DNA of 64,000 nt from positions 8,751 through 72,750 of the forward strand of contig MFVE01000008.1 in NCBI GenBank assembly GCA_001785985.1. Direction: 5' to 3'. The notes under the pieces were generated by a model. That model made no database searches, was not told the DNA's origin, and saw only the letters and a list, made by a program, of their open reading frames with translations. Every line of letters begins with the position of its first letter. Within the stretch, counting starts at the first letter, position 1. Position numbers and translations under genes: made by a program. This document shows positions 1-9,342 of the stretch, in pieces. The stretch comes from Candidatus Nomurabacteria bacterium RIFCSPLOWO2_01_FULL_42_17 (lineage in GTDB: Bacteria; Patescibacteriota; Minisyncoccia; Phycocordibacterales; UBA9973).

Positions 1-114
1 TCGAAAAAATTTCTTTTGAAGGCATGCAGTACAGAAAAGACATCGGCAAATCCGCTCGCTGATAATAGCATTATAGCAACGGCCGTATCTATTATGCTAT
101 TACGGTGATTTTTA

Positions 115-170
115 AGGAAAATGAAAAACCCTAACGAATCAGGATTTCTCATCCACCTTTCGTTAGGGTT
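115..170 (-). terminator. Rho-independent terminator-like hairpin downstream of the purA transcription unit. Stem AACCCTAACG / CGTTAGGGTT, then a T-run on the minus strand.
   Basis: Perfect 10-bp inverted repeat at 127-136 and 161-170 with a 24-nt loop. The plus-strand A-run at 117-126 reads as a T-run on the minus strand. Confidence 0.45.
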
Positions 171-288
171 ACTTTAATCTTTTTCCACTTACTTTTCTTG
201 TAATGGTTGACAGAATATTGAATATGCCCCAGAAAATCAAAGCGACTATCGCGATGATCAAAAAACTAAGATCTTGTACATTTTTCAT
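169..288 (-). CDS. Possible 39-aa single-TM peptide (MKNVQDLSFLIIAIVALIFWGIFNILSTITRKVSGKRLK). Below the ORF-track cutoff and has a weak RBS.
   Basis: Hand translation of the minus strand gives ATG to TAA with a hydrophobic core. No Shine-Dalgarno motif was seen. It sits between purA and the terminator hairpin. Confidence 0.2.
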   Translation of the reverse strand: MKNVQDLSFLIIAIVALIFWGIFNILSTITRKVSGKRLK

Positions 289-363
289 TCGAGGTGCTTT
301 CGTTGAGGTTCGCTAACATTAAATAGTATTTAAGCTTAAAAAGCAAGAAATTGAATACCCCCT

Positions 364-1707
364 TTATTTATCCCAATTGAAAAAGTGTTCTCGGTCTGGA
401 CCGGTGCCGACGGAGATGATTTTTACATTAAGGTCAGAAAGTTTATTTTTTATATATTTTAAATATCCAGAGAGTTCTTTGGAAACTTTCTTTTTCTCTC
501 TCACTCCATAATTAGCTTGACCCCAGCCCGGTATTTCTTCAGTGGTCACACTTGTCACCTCAGTTAAATAAAGCGGAAATTCTTTTAGAACTTTTTTATT
601 GTTTTTATATCCAGTGACCACTTTTATTTTATCACTCAGACAAATATCGGCCTTATTGATGAAAATTTTATTGGCGCCAGAGAGACCGATCGCATAACGG
701 AGGGCAAACAGATCCAACCAACCGCACATCCTCGGTCGTCCGGTGGTCGCTCCAAATTCATAGCCAGCATCTTGAAAAGCTTTCTCCAAAGCTTGATCTT
801 GTATTCTGGCTGGAAAGTTTCCACCGCCAACTTTAGTCGTATATGCTTTGATCACGCCATATATATCGCGCAAATATGTGTGAGGCACACCGAGACCGAG
901 GCAGACATTCGCAGGTAGGGTATTACTACTCGTAACATTTGGGTAATCTCCGAAATCCATATCCAGCATCACTGCCTGTGCGCCTTCTGCTAAAATATTT
1001 TTACCCTCGGACAACCTTTTTTGAATTAAAAATGACAAATCGCAAATCTGTAATTTTTTGAGCTCCCTCACAGCCTCGTCCCATTTTTCTTTCGCTTCTT
1101 TTATTTTTCCGAGCCTTTCCGCATTCATTTCAAAAGCATATTTTTCTTCATACATAGATAGAAAATTCGTATGAAATTCCGTCAGAGTTGCTTCTTTTTG
1201 GGCAAACTCTGGAGATAATATATCACCGATCAAGAGAGCTCTGCGAAATCTGACATCGCTATAAGCCGGGCCGATGCCCCTCGAAGTAGTGCCTATTTTC
1301 GTTCCTAATTTATTTCTGCGATATTCATCAGCTTGATCTAGAAAAGGATGCAAATGAGAGACCAGCTTTGCGCGATTGGAAATATAAAGACGTTTTTTAA
1401 TATCAAAACCTAAATTTTTAAGCTCGTTGATTTCTTTAATCAAAGATACAGCATCGACAACAACGCCATTGCCGATATACAGCTCGACATCTTTTTGCAG
1501 ACAGCCCGAAGGTATGATATGCCCTATAAAAGTCATATCTCCAAGTTTGAGAGTATGCCCGGCATTCGCTCCGCCCTGAAAACGCGCCACGCCGGAATAT
1601 TTTCCGTGAGACAAAAGTTCGTCTATGTTTTTTCCCTTACCTTCGTCGCCCCATTGTAGGCCGACAACCACATCAATAAATCCCTGTTTGTTTTTTAGTT
1701 TACTCAT
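364..1707 (-). CDS. purA: Adenylosuccinate synthetase
   Basis: 447 aa. N-terminal P-loop QWGDEGKGK, GHT motif, and full-length colinearity with the PurA family. Confidence 0.93.
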   Translation of the reverse strand: MSKLKNKQGFIDVVVGLQWGDEGKGKNIDELLSHGKYSGVARFQGGANAGHTLKLGDMTFIGHIIPSGCLQKDVELYIGNGVVVDAVSLIKEINELKNLGFDIKKRLYISNRAKLVSHLHPFLDQADEYRRNKLGTKIGTTSRGIGPAYSDVRFRRALLIGDILSPEFAQKEATLTEFHTNFLSMYEEKYAFEMNAERLGKIKEAKEKWDEAVRELKKLQICDLSFLIQKRLSEGKNILAEGAQAVMLDMDFGDYPNVTSSNTLPANVCLGLGVPHTYLRDIYGVIKAYTTKVGGGNFPARIQDQALEKAFQDAGYEFGATTGRPRMCGWLDLFALRYAIGLSGANKIFINKADICLSDKIKVVTGYKNNKKVLKEFPLYLTEVTSVTTEEIPGWGQANYGVREKKKVSKELSGYLKYIKNKLSDLNVKIISVGTGPDREHFFNWDK

Positions 1708-1721
1708 AATAAGTACGCGAA

Positions 1722-3212
1722 TTAATTCCCCAGACTGTAATTAGGAGGTTCTTTGGTAATTATAATATCGTGCGGATGACTTTCTTCCATGCCGGATTGC
1801 GTAATTCTGACAAATTTTGCTTTTTTCTGAAAAGTTTGAATATCTTTAGATCCGCAATATCCCATGCCCGCTCGAAGACCTCCGACCAGCTGATAGATCA
1901 CTTCAGAAAGTCCGCCTTTAAAAGCGACACGACCAACGATTCCTTCTGGAACAAGTTTCTTGATGTCATTTTCCATGTCTTGAAAATATCGGTCTTTAGA
2001 ACCTTGATTCATCGCCTCGACAGATCCCATCCCGCGATAAGTTTTATATTTTCTAGCATCTAAAATTATCGTTTCACCCGGCGATTCTTCCACTCCAGCA
2101 AAAAGACTCCCAGCCATGATAGAGCTCGCCCCTGCGGCGATAGCTTTACCGACGTCTCCCGTATATCTGATGCCTCCATCCGCGATCACAGGAACACCGG
2201 AGGCCTTAATCGCTTGCGCTACTTCATAGACAGCAGAAAATTGAGGAAAGCCTACTCCCGCGATCACCCGAGTAGTACAAATTGACCCTGGTCCAATGCC
2301 CACTTTTACCGCATCGGCTCCAGCGGCAACTAAATCTCGAGCTGCTTCCGCAGTAGCGATATTGCCGACGATAACTTCTAATTTTGGAAATTCTTTTTTT
2401 ATGTGGATTAACATTTCGATTACTCCCTTGGAATGTCCATGGGCAGTATCGATGACAATCACGTCGATGCCGTTTTGATCAAGCATTTTGACTCTCTCTA
2501 GGGTATCGGCAGTTATTCCGACCGCGGCGCCCACCCGCAGGCGCCCCAGGCTGTCTCGAGAAGATTTCGGCCGAGACTTTACCTTCATTATATCTTTGAA
2601 AGTAATCAAGCCGATAAGTTTATTTTGCTTGTCCACCAGCGGGAGTTTTTCCACTCTGTGCCTCATCAATATTTTTTCGGCCTCAAATAGATCTGTGCCG
2701 ATACTGCCGGTTATCAAATTTTTCTTGGTCATTATTTCTCCGACCGGCGTGCTCATTTTTTTCTGGAAACGCAGATCGCGATTGGTCAAAATACCCACGA
2801 GCTTCATGTCTTTATCGACGATCGGAATTCCGCCAATTTTATTTTCTTGCATTATTTTGATCGCTTCTTTTACCGATGCTTTTGGTGACAGAGTAATAGG
2901 GTCATGGATCATTCCGGACTCAGAGCGTTTTACTTTGCGTACTTGTTCTGCCTGCTGCGCAATGGTCATATTTTTATGCAAAATTCCGATACCGCCTTCT
3001 TGCGCCATCGCTATCGCCATGGCTGACTCGGTGACAGTGTCCATCGCGGCGGAGATGATCGGAACGCTGATTTTTATTTTTTTAGTTAGATGCGAGGTCG
3101 TATCGACATCTCGCGGCAAGACCTCAGAATATTGTGGCACCAACAAAACATCGTCGTACGTCAAGCCCTCTTGGAAATTCTCTCTGTCTTTCGTTTTTAC
3201 TTTGGAAGCCAT
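1722..3212 (-). CDS. guaB: IMP dehydrogenase (with CBS pair)
   Basis: 496 aa. Catalytic loop [11 protein letters not shown], an inserted CBS pair ([18 protein letters not shown]), and C-terminal GGIRYTGD. Confidence 0.93.
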   Translation of the reverse strand: MASKVKTKDRENFQEGLTYDDVLLVPQYSEVLPRDVDTTSHLTKKIKISVPIISAAMDTVTESAMAIAMAQEGGIGILHKNMTIAQQAEQVRKVKRSESGMIHDPITLSPKASVKEAIKIMQENKIGGIPIVDKDMKLVGILTNRDLRFQKKMSTPVGEIMTKKNLITGSIGTDLFEAEKILMRHRVEKLPLVDKQNKLIGLITFKDIMKVKSRPKSSRDSLGRLRVGAAVGITADTLERVKMLDQNGIDVIVIDTAHGHSKGVIEMLIHIKKEFPKLEVIVGNIATAEAARDLVAAGADAVKVGIGPGSICTTRVIAGVGFPQFSAVYEVAQAIKASGVPVIADGGIRYTGDVGKAIAAGASSIMAGSLFAGVEESPGETIILDARKYKTYRGMGSVEAMNQGSKDRYFQDMENDIKKLVPEGIVGRVAFKGGLSEVIYQLVGGLRAGMGYCGSKDIQTFQKKAKFVRITQSGMEESHPHDIIITKEPPNYSLGN

Positions 3213-3237
3213 AATATATCGTGTATACTAGCATATT

Positions 3238-4794
3238 ATGGCTGATATACAAATTCTGATCGTAGATTACGGATCGCAATATACTCTGGTTATCGGCAGA
3301 ACTCTGCGCGAACTTGGCGTGCGAAGTGTGATCTTGCCTCCCAAAAAAGTTGATCTGTGGCTGAAAAATAATCACCCGAAAGCCGTCATCCTTTCCGGAA
3401 GCAATTGGAGCGTACACAACGAGGGAGCGCCTGAGGTTCCAAAATCTCTAGATATTACGGGAAAAAAATATTTAATTTTAGGCGTATGTTATGGAATGCA
3501 ACTTCTTGCACACAAGCTCGGCGGCAAAGTCGAGCGGCCACTCTCGCATCGCGAATATGGGCCAGCAGAAGTGATACTGAATACATCACATCCGCTTTTT
3601 AGGGGCGTTAAAGAAAAAACAGATGTTTGGGCAAGTCACGGAGATACAGTTATAAAATTACCAAAGGGTTTTACTAGGGTAGCCACCTCGGCAGGTTGTG
3701 CGGCGATGAGCGATAAAAATAATCGTATCCTAGGAATCCAATTTCATCCGGAAGTCGCTCACACTAAAGAAGGTAAGAAAATATTGCAAAATTTTTTAAA
3801 TATTGCTAACTGCAAAAAAGATTGGAATCCAATTGATCTAATACATCAAATCCAAAACGAAGTCTTGGATATTGTAAATCCAGCAAAAAAACAAAAAGTA
3901 ATCTTGGGAGTTTCGGGCGGGGTAGACTCTACCACTCTCGCAGCCATTTTGGCGCCTGTTTTAAAAGAAAAACTTATCTGTATAGCAATAGATACTGGCG
4001 GACTGCGAGCAGATGAACTTTTTGAATTAAAAGCAAATACTGCGAGCGCTCTAGGAACAAATCAGGGAAAAAATTCTGCAAAAAACTTTGTGATCATAAA
4101 AGCTGGCGATGAATTTATAAAAAATATCAGCGCGACTATCGATGGAGAAGAAAAAAGGGGAAAATTCCGCGAAGTTTATAAAAGAATATTTGAAGAACAA
4201 ATAACAAAATACAGTGCTGGTTTTATTGTGCAAGGAACACTCGCCACCGACATCATCGAGAGCGGAAAAGCCGGGGAGTCGGCCATGATCAAGACGCATC
4301 ACAATGTGGGCCTTTCTTGGGAGGTAGATGATTTACATCCTTTTAGAAATTTATTCAAATACGAAGTCCGCGAACTCGCCCGGGTAATGAAACTCCCCAA
4401 GACGGTGTACGAGAGAAATCCTTTTCCTGGTCCCGGACTTTTCTTGAGAGTCGTTGGCACTCCGGTCACAGCCGAAAAAATAGAACTCGTGCGTGAAGCT
4501 GATAAAACTGTCGCGGGTATTCTAAAAAAACATAATTTAGAAAAAAATATTTCCCAAGTCATCGTCGCACTCCTAGGTATCAACTCTGTCGGAGTAAAAG
4601 GGGACGAAAGAGTTTACGGACATTCTCTAGCTGTCCGAGCTGTAGAGACAGTTGATTTCATGACAGCGAAAGGATTTTATTTTCCATCAGCCGTTGTGGA
4701 AGAGATAACTAGTGCGCTGACAAAACACAAAGACATCGTGCGTGTATTTTTCGATATGACTCCGAAACCCCCAGCCACCACGGAATTTGAGTAG
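3238..4794 (+). CDS. guaA: GMP synthase (glutamine-hydrolysing)
   Basis: 518 aa. N-terminal class I GATase (ILGVCYGMQLL, HPE), ATP-PPase SGGVDS motif and a C-terminal dimerisation domain. Confidence 0.93.
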   Translation: MADIQILIVDYGSQYTLVIGRTLRELGVRSVILPPKKVDLWLKNNHPKAVILSGSNWSVHNEGAPEVPKSLDITGKKYLILGVCYGMQLLAHKLGGKVERPLSHREYGPAEVILNTSHPLFRGVKEKTDVWASHGDTVIKLPKGFTRVATSAGCAAMSDKNNRILGIQFHPEVAHTKEGKKILQNFLNIANCKKDWNPIDLIHQIQNEVLDIVNPAKKQKVILGVSGGVDSTTLAAILAPVLKEKLICIAIDTGGLRADELFELKANTASALGTNQGKNSAKNFVIIKAGDEFIKNISATIDGEEKRGKFREVYKRIFEEQITKYSAGFIVQGTLATDIIESGKAGESAMIKTHHNVGLSWEVDDLHPFRNLFKYEVRELARVMKLPKTVYERNPFPGPGLFLRVVGTPVTAEKIELVREADKTVAGILKKHNLEKNISQVIVALLGINSVGVKGDERVYGHSLAVRAVETVDFMTAKGFYFPSAVVEEITSALTKHKDIVRVFFDMTPKPPATTEFE

Positions 4795-4832
4795 AGATAT
4801 TATTGTGTTAGTATTCGTGTATAGAAAAAATT

Positions 4833-6383
4833 ATGAAAAAGAAAATTAATTCGGCGCTGGTTTCAGTTTTCAATAAAGACGGACTTGAGGAAATAGTCAA
4901 ATTGCTGAATAAGCATGATGTAAAAATTATTTCTACGGGCGGGACTGCGGAATTTATTCGCCAATTAAAAACTCCAGCAAAGATTCCAGTGACGGAAGTG
5001 GAAACTATCACGAATTTTCCATCTGTTTTCGGCGGCAGGGTAAAAACTCTTCAACCGCAAATTTTTGGCGGTATTTTAAATCGTCGAGATAATGCTGATG
5101 ATCAAAAAGAAAAAACTAAACACAAAATCGAAGACATCGACTTGGTAATAGTCGATCTCTATCCATTCGAAGAAACGCTCGCGAGCGGCGCGCAAGAGAA
5201 AGAAATTATTGAAAAGATAGATATCGGGGGAATATCTCTCATCCGCGCCGCCGCCAAAAATTTCAATGACGTAGTTGTCATTCCCTCTAAACATCAATAC
5301 AAAGAGCTGGCGCAAATATTAGAACGTGGTAATGAGACCAGTTTAGAAGAACGAAAAAAATTCGCGGGTGATGCATTTGAAATTACGAGTAAGTATGACA
5401 GCGCAATCCGCGGATACTTTCAGGGTACGCCTCTGCGTTACGGCGAGAATCCCCACCAGAAAGCAGAATTTATCGGAAGTTTAGAAGAAAGCTTCACCCA
5501 GCTCCACGGCAAAGAACTTTCTTATAATAATCTCATAGACACCGAGGCGGCTATCATGGCTATCTACGATTTCAAAGATCCCGCTTTTGCCATCATCAAG
5601 CATATGAATGCCTGCGGACTGGCTGTGCGAAGCGAAGGAAACAAAGAGAGTTTGTTTGAAGCCTATGAAGCGGCCTATAATGCTGATCCGATTTCGGCTT
5701 TTGGCGGAATATTGGCGGCCAATAGGATGGTGGATGAAAATATCGCCGCGCTTATCAAAAAACAAAAACTTTTTATTGAAGTCATCATCGCTCCGGACTT
5801 TTCGGAAACTGCGCTGCAAATATTAAAAGAGAAAAAAGATTGCCGAATTTTAAAATGCCTGCCCGCCGATGCCTTCGGCCTCGAGCGATGGCAGGCGGGG
5901 AAAAATCCCATGTTCCCAAATAGACAGATTCGAAGTTGTTTCAATGGTTTACTTGTCCAAGACAGAGACAGCCATGTCGAAAGTGAAGCAGATTTAAAAA
6001 TTGTTACTAAACGCGCACCGACAGAAAAAGAAAAGGCTGATCTGCTCATCGCAGCGGTAGCGACTAAACATTTGAAATCCAATTCCGTAGCCCTAGTAAA
6101 GGGTGGCACGCTCATTGCCATGGGTTGTGGACAAACATCCCGCATCGACGCACTCAAGCAAGCGATCAACAAAGCCCAAAAGTTTGGTTTTTCTTTAAAG
6201 AACGCAGTGCTTTCTTCAGAAGCCTTTTTTCCATTTCCTGATTGCGTGGAACTAGCGGCCCAATCCGGCATCTCGGCCGTAATTCATCCCGGAGGTTCAA
6301 AGAATGATCAAGCGTCTATCGACATGGCGAATAAATACAATATGGCGATGGTCACAACTGGCTTTCGACATTTCAAACACTAA
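4833..6383 (+). CDS. purH: Bifunctional AICAR transformylase / IMP cyclohydrolase
   Basis: 516 aa. MGS-like N-terminal domain (ISTGGTAEFI) and an AICARFT C-terminal domain. Contains one copy of the 40-bp hairpin element at 5858-5900. Confidence 0.92.
   Translation: MKKKINSALVSVFNKDGLEEIVKLLNKHDVKIISTGGTAEFIRQLKTPAKIPVTEVETITNFPSVFGGRVKTLQPQIFGGILNRRDNADDQKEKTKHKIEDIDLVIVDLYPFEETLASGAQEKEIIEKIDIGGISLIRAAAKNFNDVVVIPSKHQYKELAQILERGNETSLEERKKFAGDAFEITSKYDSAIRGYFQGTPLRYGENPHQKAEFIGSLEESFTQLHGKELSYNNLIDTEAAIMAIYDFKDPAFAIIKHMNACGLAVRSEGNKESLFEAYEAAYNADPISAFGGILAANRMVDENIAALIKKQKLFIEVIIAPDFSETALQILKEKKDCRILKCLPADAFGLERWQAGKNPMFPNRQIRSCFNGLLVQDRDSHVESEADLKIVTKRAPTEKEKADLLIAAVATKHLKSNSVALVKGGTLIAMGCGQTSRIDALKQAINKAQKFGFSLKNAVLSSEAFFPFPDCVELAAQSGISAVIHPGGSKNDQASIDMANKYNMAMVTTGFRHFKH
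5858..5900 (+). repeat. Copy D of the ~40-bp GC-rich hairpin element (CCTGCCCGCC-[mini-hairpin GCCTTCGGC]-GGCAGGCGGGG). Sense orientation inside purH, encoding LPADAFGLERWQAG.
   Basis: Shares the CCTGCCCGC...GCAGGCGGGG termini with copies at 24754, 57916 and 62329. Locally about 70% GC against a genome background of about 35%. Confidence 0.6.
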
Positions 6384-6798
6384 TTTTAATTTAGATCGCT
6401 TAATTGCAAAAAATGATTTAAGTGATATTATTTGTATGGCTTCTGTTCTTTATGTAATTCTAAGAATGGAGGTCATAGACACCAAAACCAAGGAGAGAAA
6501 GGGAACGAAAAAATGGAGACTCAAGAAAACCAAAACTCGGAACCGACATCAGATTCGGTTCCATTGGTTCCAGCCCACGAGCTGGCAGATGGGGAAGTGT
6601 TGCTCAGAATGGCTCCTCCATCGGACTTCCAAATGCCTGTAGGCATTAAGTCGTTCGGAGGGGGATAGAAATCTCCAAAAGTAGATCAAAGGGGTCGACG
6701 GTTCACGCTGTCGACCTCCTTTTTATTTTATTTCATTTATTTTTGCCGAGTTGTTTTATATTTAAATAATGTTAAGATAATCTTAAGATAAAATTGCA

Positions 6799-7317
6799 AT
6801 GAAAAACCTAAAAATTGGAATAATTATGGGCTCAGATTCGGATCTAGAAGTAATGGCTGAAGCAGCGAAAGTGCTAGAAGAATTTAGCATACCTTACGAG
6901 ATTACTGTCGCTTCTGCGCACCGTTCACCAGAAATTGTACATAAATACGTGACTAGCGCCAAAGACAGAGGACTTAAGATCATCATCGCCGGCGCCGGCG
7001 GAGCGGCGCATCTGGCAGGCGTGGCTGCTTCGCTCACTACCTTGCCAGTAATCGGCATTCCAATGAAAGCAAAAAGTTTAGACGGGCTTGATTCGCTTTT
7101 ATCCACTGTCGGAATGCCCCCGGGAATACCTGTCGCCACTGTTGGAATAAATGCCGGGAAAAATGCGGGAATTTTAGCGGTACAAATACTAGCGACCTCT
7201 GGAAAAGATTTAGAAGATAGATTGATCGCCTACAAAGAGAAAATGAGCGGCGAAGTTGAAGCAAAAGGCAAAAAACTTTTGGAAATTGGATTTAAAAAAT
7301 ACTTGGAAAATAAATAG
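6799..7317 (+). CDS. purE: N5-carboxyaminoimidazole ribonucleotide mutase (PurE)
   Basis: 172 aa. GSDSD, SAHRSP and IAGAGGAAHL motifs. Confidence 0.92.
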   Translation: MKNLKIGIIMGSDSDLEVMAEAAKVLEEFSIPYEITVASAHRSPEIVHKYVTSAKDRGLKIIIAGAGGAAHLAGVAASLTTLPVIGIPMKAKSLDGLDSLLSTVGMPPGIPVATVGINAGKNAGILAVQILATSGKDLEDRLIAYKEKMSGEVEAKGKKLLEIGFKKYLENK

Positions 7318-7325
7318 GAATAAAA

Positions 7326-8339
7326 ATGACTAATCTTTACACAAAATCCGGCGTAAATATTAAAAAGGGCGGTGAAGTTGTGAAAAGAATAAAAAAAGAC
7401 GTCGCCTCCACACACACTCCGGCAGTGCTCCAAAATATTGGAGGATTTGGCGGGTTATACGCTCTCTCGGAAATAATAAAAAAATATAAAAATCCTGTTT
7501 TAGTCCAAAGTATCGATGGAGTAGGCACCAAGCTCTCGATAGCAAAAATGCTTAAAAAATATGATACCGTCGGACAAGATATTGTAAACCATTCTTGCAA
7601 TGACATCTTGGCGATGGGCGCTCGACCCCTGACCTTTCTAGATTATGTAGCCAACGAAACTCTGGTTTCAAAAGAAATGCAAGCGATAGTCAGCGGTATG
7701 GCAAAAGCTTGTAGAGAAGCAGGTGTGGCGCTCATCGGCGGTGAAACAGCCGAAATGCCCGGCGTATACATGAAAGGAGAACACGACATTGCTGGTTGTA
7801 TCACTGGAATCGTAGAAAAAGATAAAATCATTACCGGTGAAAAAATAAAAAAGGGCGATATAATTTTAGGTTTTCCTTCAAGTGGACTCCATACGAACGG
7901 TTTTTCTCTAGCGCGTAAACTGCTTTTAAATAAAATGACAAATAAATTGTCAGGTGAAATGATAGCGAAAACTCTGCTGAAAGTTCATATAAATTATTGC
8001 AAGCCCATTTTTTCACTTTTAGACAATGGTATTGATATAAAAGGCATTGCGCATATCACGGGCGGAGGATTTATTGAAAATATTCCGCGTATCTTACCGA
8101 AAAATCTGGATGCAGAAATTAAAAAAGGTTCTTGGCCGATGCTCCCTATCTTTCCCTATATGCAGAAAATTGGTAAAGTATCAGAGATGGAGATGTACAA
8201 GGTTTTCAATATGAGTATTGGATTAGTGATAGTAGTCAAAGAAGAAGAGAGAGAGAAAATTGAAAACATTTTAAAAAATCAAAATATTTTTTGGATTGGC
8301 AAAATTACTAAAGGAAAAGGAAAAACAAAATTAATATGA
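7326..8339 (+). CDS. purM: Phosphoribosylformylglycinamidine cyclo-ligase (AIR synthetase)
   Basis: 337 aa. PurM N- and C-terminal domains (DGVGTK, GGETAEMPGVY, HITGGG). Confidence 0.9.
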   Translation: MTNLYTKSGVNIKKGGEVVKRIKKDVASTHTPAVLQNIGGFGGLYALSEIIKKYKNPVLVQSIDGVGTKLSIAKMLKKYDTVGQDIVNHSCNDILAMGARPLTFLDYVANETLVSKEMQAIVSGMAKACREAGVALIGGETAEMPGVYMKGEHDIAGCITGIVEKDKIITGEKIKKGDIILGFPSSGLHTNGFSLARKLLLNKMTNKLSGEMIAKTLLKVHINYCKPIFSLLDNGIDIKGIAHITGGGFIENIPRILPKNLDAEIKKGSWPMLPIFPYMQKIGKVSEMEMYKVFNMSIGLVIVVKEEEREKIENILKNQNIFWIGKITKGKGKTKLI

Positions 8340-8341
8340 AT

Positions 8342-8402
8342 CCCGTTAGAAGTTGACTAATGGGAAGTTAAAAGATAAATTATAAATTTTAAAACTTCTA
8401 AC
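8342..8402 (+). promoter_or_regulatory. purM-purC intercistronic hairpin. A 13-bp perfect inverted repeat (CCCGTTAGAAGTT / AACTTCTAACGGG) ends 3 nt before the purC ATG.
   Basis: The inverted repeat was read directly. The 3' arm covers the expected RBS region of purC. Confidence 0.4.
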
Positions 8403-8405
8403 GGG

Positions 8406-9338
8406 ATGAATATCCTCAAAGAAACAAATTTTAAAAATCTAGGAGAAAAATACACTGGCAAAGTGCGAGATGTTTATAATCAAGACGATAAAGTTATTTT
8501 GATTTCAACCGACAGATATTCAGCTTTCGATCGTAATCTTGCGCTCATACCTTGTAAAGGCCAAGTGCTGACTCAAATCAGTAAATTTTGGTTCGAGCAG
8601 ACAAAAGATATTGTAAAAAATCATGCTCTGGATTTTCCTGATCCAAACGTAGTCGTAGGAGAGAAATGCACTGTGCTGCCGGTAGAAATGATCGTACGCG
8701 GATATATTACCGGCGTTACTTCGACCGCTCTTTGGGTAAATTATCAAAATGGGCAGAGGGATTTTGGAGATTTTGTTTTACCCGAGGGAATGAAAAAAAA
8801 TCAAAAGTTGGAGAAACCAGTAATTACTCCTACCACCAAATTTGAAGCGCACGACCGACCGCTCACCAGTAAAGTCATTTTGGATGAAAAAATGATAGCG
8901 CCAGAAATTTGGCAAAAAATTTGCGATATAGCTTTAAAACTTTTTACGCGCGGACAAGAGGTCGCGCTCGAAAAAGGATTGATATTGGTAGACACAAAAT
9001 ACGAATTTGGCCTCACAGCTGGTGGAGAAGTGATGCTCATAGACGAGATCCACACGCCAGATTCTTCCCGCTATTGGCAAGCCAATTCATATCAAAAAAG
9101 GATCGCCGAAGGCCTGGAACCAGAGAATTTCGACAAAGAATTTTTACGCTTGTGGTTCAAAGACAACTGCGATCCTTACAAGGACTCGGTGCTACCCGAA
9201 GCGCCAAAAGAAATGGTGCAGGAACTCTCGAGAAGATACATAAAAATATACGAACAAATCACCGGATTGCCTTTCAAGATTGAAGAGGGAAATATTGAGG
9301 AGAGAATAGAAAAAAATTTAGAAAAATATAAAATATAA
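8406..9338 (+). CDS. purC: SAICAR synthetase (long form)
   Basis: 310 aa with SAICAR_synt-family colinearity (GKVRDVY, STDRYSAFD, GLILVDTKYEFG). Confidence 0.9.
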   Translation: MNILKETNFKNLGEKYTGKVRDVYNQDDKVILISTDRYSAFDRNLALIPCKGQVLTQISKFWFEQTKDIVKNHALDFPDPNVVVGEKCTVLPVEMIVRGYITGVTSTALWVNYQNGQRDFGDFVLPEGMKKNQKLEKPVITPTTKFEAHDRPLTSKVILDEKMIAPEIWQKICDIALKLFTRGQEVALEKGLILVDTKYEFGLTAGGEVMLIDEIHTPDSSRYWQANSYQKRIAEGLEPENFDKEFLRLWFKDNCDPYKDSVLPEAPKEMVQELSRRYIKIYEQITGLPFKIEEGNIEERIEKNLEKYKI

Positions 9339-9342
9339 AATT

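Noticed and set aside
2488-3231. Antisense and overlapping ORFs from the six-frame track. Examples are 2488-3231(+), 5675-6271(-), 8909-9283(+), 17142-17687(+), 41673-42008(-), 52450-52938(+), 58601-59122(+) and 61111-61617(+).
   Set aside because: All lie wholly inside well-supported conserved genes on the opposite strand or in another frame. They have low-complexity or biased composition and no family similarity.
6304-6668. ORF-track calls 6304-6642 and 6432-6668 in the purH-purE spacer
   Set aside because: No family similarity, overlapping each other in different frames. Only a possible 51-codon sub-ORF is mentioned, in the findings, and it is not annotated as a CDS.
6384-6798. Specific riboswitch class (guanine, ZTP/pfl, ykkC/PRPP) for the purE leader
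   Set aside because: The conserved cores (UCUACC and CCGUAAAU of the purine aptamer, UGGCG and CCGGGGAGC of ZTP, GGGUUCCG of ykkC) are not present. Only a generic structured-leader claim is retained.
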